Shown here: positions 21,301 to 28,918 of the stretch, in pieces
How the letters are laid out: the number at the start of each line of letters is the position of its first letter
How positions within the stretch are numbered: position 1 is the stretch's first letter
Origin: Sanchytrium tribonematis
Lineage: Eukaryota
DNA length: 40,862 nt
Direction of reading: 5' to 3'
Assembly (NCBI GenBank): GCA_018985235.1
Contig: JADGIG010000025.1
Span: forward strand, 1-40,862
Program-made: the position numbers and the translations under genes
Notes under the pieces: model-generated
Databases searched by the model: none
Seen by the model: the letters and a program-made list of their open reading frames with translations, nothing else
What the model was told of the DNA's origin: nothing

Positions 21301-21467
21301 TTTGGACCACACAGTAAATTTAAATTTGGATGGCACCTAAATACAACATGCTCATAAGTCAAAAACTTTTCTAGCTCGATGTTCATGATTTGACCTTGTC
21401 TAAATTCAATTGTTTCATTTGTGTTCAGGTTGTCAGCAAGATTAATTACGTCCGTGCTGCGAACCAT
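18324..21467 (-). CDS. SMC5: Structural maintenance of chromosomes protein 5
   Basis: [14 protein letters not shown]alker [12 protein letters not shown], long coiled coils, [14 protein letters not shown] signature and [17 protein letters not shown]alker B typical of SMC5. Confidence 0.96.
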   Translation of the reverse strand: MVRSTDVINLADNLNTNETIEFRQGQIMNIELEKFLTYEHVVFRCHPNLNLLCGPNGSGKSSIVCAIVLGLGGKPANLERSSDLKSFIKFGEDFAKIHITIKTQSGSTTISRFITTKSNDFLIDNVKCNLKVIDELMADLNINVANLCQVLPQERVGQFAALNAKDRLKETEYIVGGNDFRELHEQVIADMSNSNNAAQVLEERRQELESLIQRNQLVIGQVETYRESELLKLELEALTAVYKLLNYEEARATLNTLKDDREKASRTLNSTRKKNEANAKRKRVLQEKVDQASDAVSLLEKNVSVIQKRLTQGYDKSEEIEEEITNVFVEINKVHEKEKEDKDSIEAQKRAISSLTESIKSEESKFADYKEQETRLKENLQKHDGDGQDLEQKLSTINSKVRDLDSDARLFRQRQSDAERELKQLNEVKTQRLNILRNLNSDAFTAYQYVTENHHKFSNVEGPVFLDIEVQAEYRKAVENFVGRGLFSILTDNVADYEHLMKELIDSRALKIDVRHPPNSNFENDANYKSVGFDAVLADAVQCTPLVKSFLCNDFDFHKIPVSSRALIPSMYDKCRGVYPKFVMGNEIHINTRSRYGRKELSTKTSILREARVLKNATDTQRVEELKNVITDSRTKVDSYAKELHALKTEENKINSQMKKRQEARSSLATQLQSVRQKLMIPANLRSKLSSYEESLQVLENRPSIDSQIKRKEKIIESKEEDKRNLVEEYIKEFEGLENLVEKLYLKCQLVSTSRRDLQEFLNDYSDTSSTINSLENSVKLLEREIRSAEKNVEEFNTEQKNQFARLSVAAKSMIEEREFKNLEIVDVGMQIRGLETRLNNTLNETVREEVRLYEERKLQITKLEKLIAVKEREAEELTSLNVSRRRNFISKVNNMITDLSSKFRENMLSVKCDGEIKLYKSEDPEDIKHWGIDILVKFRGAESLHSLSGTRHSGGEKSVATMLYLMCLQGTSSVPFRVVDEINQGMDPRNEKLVHALVVQRSKDSQYFMITPKLLKGLDYSYEMAVHLVCQGDRIPEQLDFQRYLR

Positions 21468-21544
21468 TAATCTTGTGGGTTACAAGTTCCCCTAACACCT
21501 TCTCACTTTTTTTACAAAATAAAAAATTTTCTAAACATATTTTC
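21468..21544. promoter_or_regulatory. 77-nt divergent intergenic region between SMC5 and ACADM
   Basis: Head-to-head ATGs at 21467 (-) and 21545 (+). Contains CCCAC on the minus strand near SMC5 and CCCCT on the plus strand. Confidence 0.5.
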
Positions 21545-22754
21545 ATGCTGAGACTTGCTAAACGAAAAATCTCTTTTCAACTTACTGAGGATCAAAAACA
21601 AATCCAAGAATTAGCTAGAAATTTTACAAAGCAACATATTATCCCAAATGCTGCACACCATGACAAGACTGGAGAATATCCAAGTGAAATTATTAAATCA
21701 GCCTGGGAAAATGGATTATTGAACACAGATATTCCCAAAGAATATGGAGGTTTAGGATTGAAACTCTTAGATGCAAGTTTTATTAGCGAGGAATTGAGTT
21801 TTGGGTGTTCAGGGATTCAAACTGCAATGGAGGCTAATAATTTGGCACAGGCGCCTGTAATTTTAGCCGGAAATGATGCTCAAAAAAAGAAGTATTTAGG
21901 AAGAATGGTAGAGGCTCCGTTAATGTGTGCCTACTGTGTAACAGAACCTGGTGCGGGCAGCGATGTTGCTAATGTTAAAACTAAAGCAGTCAAAAAAGGT
22001 GATAAATATATTTTGAATGGATCGAAAATGTGGATTACAAACGGTGGTAAAGCTAACTGGTACTTTGTGCTTGCCAGAACAAACTTGGATCCTAAAGTTG
22101 GTGGACACAAAGCATTGACAGCTTTTGTAGTGGATGCAGACAGCAAGGGAGTATCACTCGGGAAAAAAGAACTCAACATGGGGCAGGGAGCCAGTGATAC
22201 TCGTGGTGTCAATTTCGAAGATGTTGAGGTCCCAGCAGAAAATGTTTTAGGACTTGAAGGACAAGGATTTAAAGTCGCTATGGGGTAGTTTTCTTTAATA
22301 TAGAGTTTTTGATATGACTAGACCACTTGTTGCTGCTGGTGCAGTTGGTTTAGCTAAAAGAGCTTTACACGAGGCCACTGATTATGCTTTACAGCGTAAA
22401 ACAATGGGAACTGAAATTTTTAATCATCAGGCGGTTCAATTCATGCTAGCTGATATGGCGACTGGGGTTGAAGGTGCGAGACAACTTACTAGACTGAGTT
22501 GTTGGCAATATGATAACAAGATTCCAAATACCTACATCGCTTCTATGGCAAAATGTTATGCTAGTGAAGTGGCTAACAAGAATGCTGCAGACGCAGTCCA
22601 AATTCATGGTGGAAACGGATTTAATTCAGAGTATCCTGTCGAAAAGCTCATGCGTGACGCAAAAATTTTCATGATCTACGAAGGAACATCCCAAATTCAA
22701 CGATTAATTATTAGTAGACTTTTAAAAGGTAAATATGAAAGTGGAAACCTATAA
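21545..22754 (+). CDS. ACADM: Mitochondrial medium-chain acyl-CoA dehydrogenase (exons 21545-22284 and 22304-22754; 396 aa)
   Basis: [39 protein letters not shown]. The two track ORFs join as GFKVAMG-VFDMTRP after a 19-nt intron is removed. Basic presequence MLRLAKRK. Confidence 0.95.
22285..22303 (+). other. 19-nt spliceosomal intron (phase 2)
   Basis: GTAGTTTTCTTTAATATAG; removal restores the conserved GFKxAMGxFDxTRP motif without a gap. Confidence 0.93.
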
Positions 22755-22760
22755 ATAAAT

Positions 22761-24065
22761 TTATTGAGCTGAGGATCCAACTGACAAACAGCCGCTACAT
22801 TGGCGACATTGAATCGGAGACAGATCCACTTTCTTCAGCACTTTCCTATTTGAGTGAATATGTAGACCAAGTTCATAACCTTTGACCAATTGATATTCAT
22901 ACTCATTTGGACATTTTTCAGACAAACCATCCACTTGAATACCAACTGTGGAATCTAAGTAAGTTCCGGCCCGATCGGTTAGTAAGCCATTCAACAAATT
23001 GAAAACCAACGAAATATCGGCAGTTAGGGTGACATCTGCTTGGCCTTTGTTTTCTAAAATTTCTACACTGGACGGGTGGGGAACAAGGTTGTAGTTGAAT
23101 CTTTTCATTGGCGGCACATTGGATTCTGTGGTAGCCTCAAAATCGACTGTTCCTTCAATACCGAATCTGGCATCCATATTTTGTACAACTTTGACGTGTG
23201 CACCGGTCCAAAGCGAGGCTTCAGGATGCAGTTGAAGTACATCAGGAATATCAATAATTGGTATAATCTTAGAGATAAGTTTAGTTGCATCGAAATATTT
23301 CTCATATCCTCGTGAGAAAGTACTTCTGCTTTCAATTTTAATGTCAAAATTCATTTCTCCCTTTGCAGCCATGTTAATCGTACTAGATAAGCCTCTGTTC
23401 AATTTTCTTACTCTTCCAGTGGCTTTGTATAAAAATCCAAAGTTAAGATATGCCCAACAGTCTTCACAAACGATATTTGCATTTTCATCTTGATGCAATT
23501 GCATATCTTTTTGACATGTTCCATGAGTTTGCTCATTAAAACAGTATGGCATTGTAATCCATTGGAAATCTCTGTCCAACTCTCGCTTTCTGACTCTTTC
23601 TTTTTTTACTAATTTTGCAATTACTTCAAAATAGTCTGCATAATCCTCTGGTCGAGCAGGCACTACATTCATAGAGACAGTATTTTCTTGCTTTTGGATA
23701 TTTGTAGCAACAAACCAAGGACCATTTTTTTCCATCACATCAATGCACCATCTGTGACCTATAAACACAAAAGCTTTTTCTGGCCAAGAGGTTGGAGCAA
23801 ACTGATCAAGAGTGGCGGAGACTGTTGATTCAGTACAAGAAGCATCCATAACCCATTCTGCGGAATCCAAATTGACGTTTTGCAATTTCATATTTGGGAA
23901 TCTTAATTTAACATCAACAGTGATATCTTTAAGGTCGCTTTGGAAGTCACCCCTAAAGTTATTTCCAAGATCTTCTGTGAATTTGACAGGCTTAGGAACA
24001 TGAATTTTGGGATTCTTATTAATCAAGTCGCTCAAGTTTGTGGCCAACACAGTTGTAATAAACAT
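22761..24065 (-). CDS. Secreted beta-rich protein of unknown function (possibly a fungal DUF7029/DUF7223-type architecture)
   Basis: Short leader MFITTVLA, NLD...C...S.T...W...GH..C segment, a basic RKR site that may be a kexin cleavage site, and a Cys-containing C-terminus. Confidence 0.55.
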   Translation of the reverse strand: MFITTVLATNLSDLINKNPKIHVPKPVKFTEDLGNNFRGDFQSDLKDITVDVKLRFPNMKLQNVNLDSAEWVMDASCTESTVSATLDQFAPTSWPEKAFVFIGHRWCIDVMEKNGPWFVATNIQKQENTVSMNVVPARPEDYADYFEVIAKLVKKERVRKRELDRDFQWITMPYCFNEQTHGTCQKDMQLHQDENANIVCEDCWAYLNFGFLYKATGRVRKLNRGLSSTINMAAKGEMNFDIKIESRSTFSRGYEKYFDATKLISKIIPIIDIPDVLQLHPEASLWTGAHVKVVQNMDARFGIEGTVDFEATTESNVPPMKRFNYNLVPHPSSVEILENKGQADVTLTADISLVFNLLNGLLTDRAGTYLDSTVGIQVDGLSEKCPNEYEYQLVKGYELGLHIHSNRKVLKKVDLSPIQCRQCSGCLSVGSSAQ

Positions 24066-24230
24066 TTAAATTAGTATAGGCATCATTTGACTCTTATAAC
24101 CTTGCACTATAAATCTTGCCGTCGACTTAGCCAAGAATGGCTATGTATCTCCATTAAAGTTGGTAACACGGGACTGGTAAATACCACTGGTAAATTTTGG
24201 CGAAAAATGTGATTTGCTTGAAAGCGCCAT

Positions 24231-25451
24231 TTATTTTTTCTTTGGTTTTTCGCTTAGCAATTTCACTTGGTTCATATGAGGAACAATATACCAGCTCATA
24301 TTCAAATGTTTGCAGAAACTAGAGAAAACGCTATAAATAAAGTAAAAATAATAAACTGCAAAAAAGGATGTGTATATGGCGGTAATAGTAGTCAAGTCAG
24401 AAGTTTTCAATCCAGAATATCTGATGAACAAAGATAGTGAGAAAAATGACCAGACTGCACTTGGAGAGGGATAATGTTGAGAAACAATGTATGCCAAAAT
24501 AACCTGAGTAGTGTAGACTGCAAAACTTAAAGTACCGCCTACAATAAGAAGCCAAAATGAGTTTTTGATCCAAAAAAATGGGGAAGTTGCGAGTAAAAAT
24601 CCGGATGCAGCAAAAACAAATATAGGGTAAATTTTAAAGGATGCTAAAATCATATTCTCTTTTCTATGTTTTGAATTGTAGACATTGTACATTGATGCCG
24701 GAGCGTGTACTATAAAAACTGCCAGTAGCATAATAAAGACCAGTACATCAATTAAGAGTAAGTCTTTTTTAATTTCAAGCCGAAGAAAAGCCAATTCAAC
24801 AGACTTCTCAAAAGGATAAATTAATAAAGCGGCAAAAGCGTTTCTTTTAATTACGTCTAAAGGAGTAAAGTATATTTGAGGTCCAAAAACAGCGCTAACT
24901 AAAGAACATAAACTTCCTAGTAACAGTCCCTCCGTTGGTCCATTTATGTATCCAAGATAGAGTGTTTTAGTGAAATATTCTTCCCATGAACTGATATAAA
25001 ATGGTACAGATGCAATTCCTATCACCCACAAAGTGTAGTAACTATAACCCAGCCCCATTCCAGCTGCTTGAACCAAGCCCCCTAGGCAGCATTGTACAGC
25101 ATCGCATCCGTGATCCACAAGCTCACCTAATGGGCTACTAGTCTGGGTTCTTCGCGCTTGCTTTCCATCCAAATTGTCCATGGTTGAATAATACCATATT
25201 GCAATTGCACTTAAGTAGCTGAGCCATGAGTATTGACCATTTAAACCATCTACAGCATAAGTTATAATGAGCAATAGCACAATTCCTAACAAACCGAAGA
25301 GAGTCACCAAATTTGGATGTAACCAAACAGGCAAATAGTTGCTCAAAGGTGTCCAATAGTAGGGATTTAAAAAGTATTTAGATAGAGGCGACTTGTCTAT
25401 AGAAGAATACTTGTAGTTCTTGAGATTTTCTAGATCTGTTAAATATTCCAT
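24231..25451 (-). CDS. Choline/ethanolamine phosphotransferase (Cpt1/Ept1 family)
   Basis: YKYSSIDKS, PNLVTLFG and the CDP-alcohol phosphotransferase motif DNLDGKQARRTQTSSPLGELVDHGCD; multiple TM segments. Confidence 0.95.
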   Translation of the reverse strand: MEYLTDLENLKNYKYSSIDKSPLSKYFLNPYYWTPLSNYLPVWLHPNLVTLFGLLGIVLLLIITYAVDGLNGQYSWLSYLSAIAIWYYSTMDNLDGKQARRTQTSSPLGELVDHGCDAVQCCLGGLVQAAGMGLGYSYYTLWVIGIASVPFYISSWEEYFTKTLYLGYINGPTEGLLLGSLCSLVSAVFGPQIYFTPLDVIKRNAFAALLIYPFEKSVELAFLRLEIKKDLLLIDVLVFIMLLAVFIVHAPASMYNVYNSKHRKENMILASFKIYPIFVFAASGFLLATSPFFWIKNSFWLLIVGGTLSFAVYTTQVILAYIVSQHYPSPSAVWSFFSLSLFIRYSGLKTSDLTTITAIYTSFFAVYYFYFIYSVFSSFCKHLNMSWYIVPHMNQVKLLSEKPKKK

Positions 25452-25526
25452 GACAAGGGGAACCCTAATTTTTGCAGTTATAATTTACCTTGCACATGCA
25501 AAAATATCTAGTCTGAAGCTACAGAT

Positions 25527-26645
25527 TTATATTTTATTTAGACAAGAGTTTGTGTAATCCAACCATCTGCCCAAATTATCTTCCCACGAATTCACATTGA
25601 GCTCTTTTCCAATTAGATGCACAAATTTTATAAAAAGCGCGCAAACATGCTTATTTCCTTTAACCGTTTTTCTAGAAATTGCCATTGCATCTATCGCAGT
25701 AGTTTTCACACAATAAATGTCCCATCCATTTTGAAAGTAGTGCTTTTGAACTTTTCGAATGTGCTCCATCCTATCAAACCATTCCTCAGGCTTGTATACT
25801 TTTTCTATGAACGCAATTTTTTTCTTTTCAGCAATTAAATTGTAAAGTCTACAAAATATTACACCATCACATAAATCTGTCAAAAAGTGACTCAATATCT
25901 GCTCATCTTGTTCATCAGCAATACCCGAAAGATCTAATAATGGCAGATGTTTTTTAGCTGTTGGAATTTTCTGAATTAGGTAGTGGTAGCACTTGAGAAC
26001 TTCATTACATATGAACTTGTCCAAAAGGCTATCGTCTAACAAAACGACTCTCTTTTCGGTCGCTGGCATGCTTCTTTCAGGCAATGGTGAAATTCCTACT
26101 GAATGATTGGAGTTGGTGGAGCTTCTATCAGATGGAGCAGCAAAATCAGAGGGGGATTTTGAAGAAATGAAAGATATCATTGTAGGTCTATCTATTTTGA
26201 TAGGTTCGGGCAATTGGATTTTCTCATTTAGGAGATATTCGTGAATTTTCACAGAAAATTCTTGCACTGTGACATAATTATTATGAATAAAATCCATAAG
26301 ATCATTATGAGACCGAAATTCCGTTTTTGTTGCTAATAAAAGCCCTTCAATCATTGTCTTAATTTGTTGCAGCGTTTCCTTCAATTTAGGAATCATATTT
26401 TTAGGAATTGCTGAGTGATGTGTTTTAATAAAGGATTGAGTTTTTTGAAGTACAGCTGAGATAGAAAATGCCAACATCTGAATATCTAGAGACTTTTTAT
26501 CGACCATGCTTGATCTTTTATACAAGGATCCCCATGTTTCTTGCATGAATTCTAAAGCATCTGTTAAGGCCACTTTTTTTGGATCAACAATTGGTTTAGA
26601 TGCAACGGAATTATGTGGCGATACCTTCAGTGAGGATTTTTTCAT
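25527..26645 (-). CDS. Hypothetical protein with a possible C-terminal calponin-homology-like domain
   Basis: 372-aa ORF from the ATG. FLTDLCDGVIFCRLYN resembles the CH motif L.DG..LC.L.N. Confidence 0.55.
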   Translation of the reverse strand: MKKSSLKVSPHNSVASKPIVDPKKVALTDALEFMQETWGSLYKRSSMVDKKSLDIQMLAFSISAVLQKTQSFIKTHHSAIPKNMIPKLKETLQQIKTMIEGLLLATKTEFRSHNDLMDFIHNNYVTVQEFSVKIHEYLLNEKIQLPEPIKIDRPTMISFISSKSPSDFAAPSDRSSTNSNHSVGISPLPERSMPATEKRVVLLDDSLLDKFICNEVLKCYHYLIQKIPTAKKHLPLLDLSGIADEQDEQILSHFLTDLCDGVIFCRLYNLIAEKKKIAFIEKVYKPEEWFDRMEHIRKVQKHYFQNGWDIYCVKTTAIDAMAISRKTVKGNKHVCALFIKFVHLIGKELNVNSWEDNLGRWLDYTNSCLNKI

Positions 26646-26716
26646 CAACGTGAATTGTCATGAGCTCACTATTAAAAAACTTAAGAATTAATGTTAGACC
26701 AATCAGATTTATTTAA

Positions 26717-26917
26717 TTAAATCGAAGCATTTATTCCAGTCTTGTTCATAAATAATATCATATCAATATATCTTTCAGAACACTTTTCAATACAGCTTAA
26801 GTTGCTGCACTTTTTATTGCAAATTTTGTTGACATGCTGAACCAGGGACTGAGTTCGTGCTTTTCCAGTTTCCATGATTGCAAAATCATCAAATTTTTGC
26901 TGATCCTCTTGTCTCAT
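26717..26917 (-). CDS. Small Tim chaperone (Tim8-like, twin CX3C)
   Basis: E..KAR.Q..V....CNKKC...CIEKCSERYID pattern in 66 aa. Confidence 0.75.
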   Translation of the reverse strand: MRQEDQQKFDDFAIMETGKARTQSLVQHVNKICNKKCSNLSCIEKCSERYIDMILFMNKTGINASI

Positions 26918-27008
26918 GCAAGATATTAATTATAGGGGATAAGACTATAAATTTTTCAAGCTGGCAGAACTTATGTACGTGTAATTTTATTTTGTCTATT
27001 CGAAATGA

Positions 27009-27281
27009 TTATTCCAGATCACCGTAAGATTCCTCACCTTCCGAAGAGCAGTGGCCATCTGGTTTAGTCGGTCTTTTTTGCCGTCCAGTTTTTTGTTTAT
27101 CCACTCCAAAATTGTGGTCTTGCTTATCCTTTTTACCATAAAGAATGTAGCTCATAATAGCACTACTGGCAGCTGTCACAACTATGACTGACCTGCACCA
27201 TAATCCACAAATTTGAGGCTTTTTGGTTCGTTGCTGTTTTATCAATGGTGTTGCAAAAACGAATAAAACAGTGATATGCAT
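27009..27281 (-). CDS. Small secreted or membrane peptide precursor, CGLxC paralog 1
   Basis: MHITVLFVFA-TP leader, ICGLWC followed by a ~20-aa hydrophobic stretch, and a charged tail. Confidence 0.55.
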   Translation of the reverse strand: MHITVLFVFATPLIKQQRTKKPQICGLWCRSVIVVTAASSAIMSYILYGKKDKQDHNFGVDKQKTGRQKRPTKPDGHCSSEGEESYGDLE

Positions 27282-27462
27282 ATGCGATAAAGGTGGTCGC
27301 ACTTCTATAAACTATCTATGATGAGATTGTTTCTAATATGACGAAATTGTTAATTACAAATTCTCTATTATTTTTCAAAAGATTCTTTTGAGCTTAACTT
27401 TTTACATTTTAAATTCACAATATTTCTGTTTGAAAATAATAATTTACTAACGCTTATGTACC

Positions 27463-27738
27463 TTAAACTAAAGATACCTTCAGAGAACGAAATTTGTTTT
27501 TAATTGCGCTTGACGCTTTGACAAAGAAGTTTTTAATTTCAGTAGGATGCTTCCATGCGTAAAATCCGGCTGTCAATGTCGCTAATCCAGTGGCAGCTGC
27601 TGCCGCTTTGCATTTAAGACCACATGGCTGGTCCCATGGATTTCCCGTGGGATTTGGTTGGAATGCTTCTCTAGAGTCTTCAGAGGTGATTTTTTCTGTA
27701 ATAGGCACAGCCGACAACAAAACTAATGATAAAAGCAT
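27463..27738 (-). CDS. Small secreted or membrane peptide precursor, CGLxC paralog 2
   Basis: MLLSLVLLSA-VP leader, PCGLKC followed by an Ala-rich hydrophobic stretch, and a cationic tail. CCCCT motif upstream of the ATG. Confidence 0.6.
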   Translation of the reverse strand: MLLSLVLLSAVPITEKITSEDSREAFQPNPTGNPWDQPCGLKCKAAAAATGLATLTAGFYAWKHPTEIKNFFVKASSAIKNKFRSLKVSLV

Positions 27739-28004
27739 TTGTATTAGTGGAGGGGATGCTTTGTGATTAAATATCAAATTTATCAGTCATGTGGAATTTA
27801 ATGGTGCAATTTCAAAGTTGTCTTTGCCAAAATGACATCATTCAGATGTGAATATCGACACCAGTAAGATTTAGTAATAGAGTAGCTGATTATTTCAATT
27901 TTTTGAGTGGTTCACCTGAAAGCTTTGCATTTGAGTATTGATTGAAAATTCCATACAAACTAATAAAATTTGCATCTTGACAACCCCCTTTTAAAACTCA
28001 TCTG

Positions 28005-28890
28005 ATGTTTTCTACATTATCTGTCAGTGAAGGTTCCCACGAACAAGGTGTATGGAGTTTAAAATGGCTGCAAAATCAATTGATTTCAGGAGGTGCTGAC
28101 TCCCAAGTAAAAATTTGGGATTCTCAATTAAATGAAGTGAAAGCATTCTCTCATCATTCAATGAGTGTCATAAATGTGGAGACGTACAACAATAAGGCAA
28201 TAAGTCATAGTTTTGATGGATCATTATGCTACTTTGACCTTGAAAGTGGAATTGTTGAAAAGAAATTGGAATTTGCACCAGTAGATTGCTTTCATACTCA
28301 AATTTACCAAAATACGATTGCTAGAACTTGTTACGATGGTTCTGTCGTACTAATGGACTTGGATGGAAAAGATAAATGTAGGTTTCAATCCAAGAAAGAT
28401 GTGTTTGTATTTAATTGCTGTTTCAACAATGATGGTAAGAGATTGGTTGCTGGATTGCAAGATGGAAGCGTAGCCGTTTTTGACGTCGAATCACAAAAAT
28501 TAATACATAACATTAACGCGCACCAAAAGCCAGTGCGACAAGTTTCAATTAGTCCCGATCAAAAATATATCGTAACTGCATCTTACGACCGGAGGGTTTG
28601 TGTCATAGATTTGTAATTTTTGCTAACATAGAGAACACGGCAATATTTTGACTTCGTTCTCGGGTCATAATTCATGGGTTTTGACAGCTGATATGCATCC
28701 AACTGAAACTATTATTGCAAGCGGAAGCTCTGATAAAACTGTCCGCTTATTCGATTTTAAATCTGGAAATACACTTCATGTTTATGAAGACAACACTGAT
28801 CAAGTTTGGCGAGTGAAATTTAATGCTGCTGGTGATAGATTGGCAACAGCTAGTGATGATAGAAGCATTCGAATCTATAGGACGGCTTAG
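28005..28890 (+). CDS. WD40 protein WDR61/Ski8-like (exons 28005-28612 and 28632-28890; 288 aa)
   Basis: HEQGVWSLKW, ISGGADSQVKIW, APVDCF, AHQKPVR, SGHNSWVL and DQVWRVKFN. The two track ORFs join as VIDL-EHGNILTSFSGH after a 19-nt intron is removed. Confidence 0.85.
28613..28631 (+). other. 19-nt spliceosomal intron (phase 2)
   Basis: GTAATTTTTGCTAACATAG, containing a canonical CTAAC branch site. Confidence 0.93.
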
Positions 28891-28918
28891 TTTAATAAAT
28901 CTATTTATTCGCTATATT

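Noticed and set aside
21473..28890. ACADM and WD40 genes each split into two ORFs, suggesting pseudogenes, programmed frameshifts or assembly errors
   Set aside because: Each break coincides with a GT..AG 19-mer whose removal restores frame and motif, and the same pattern recurs four times.
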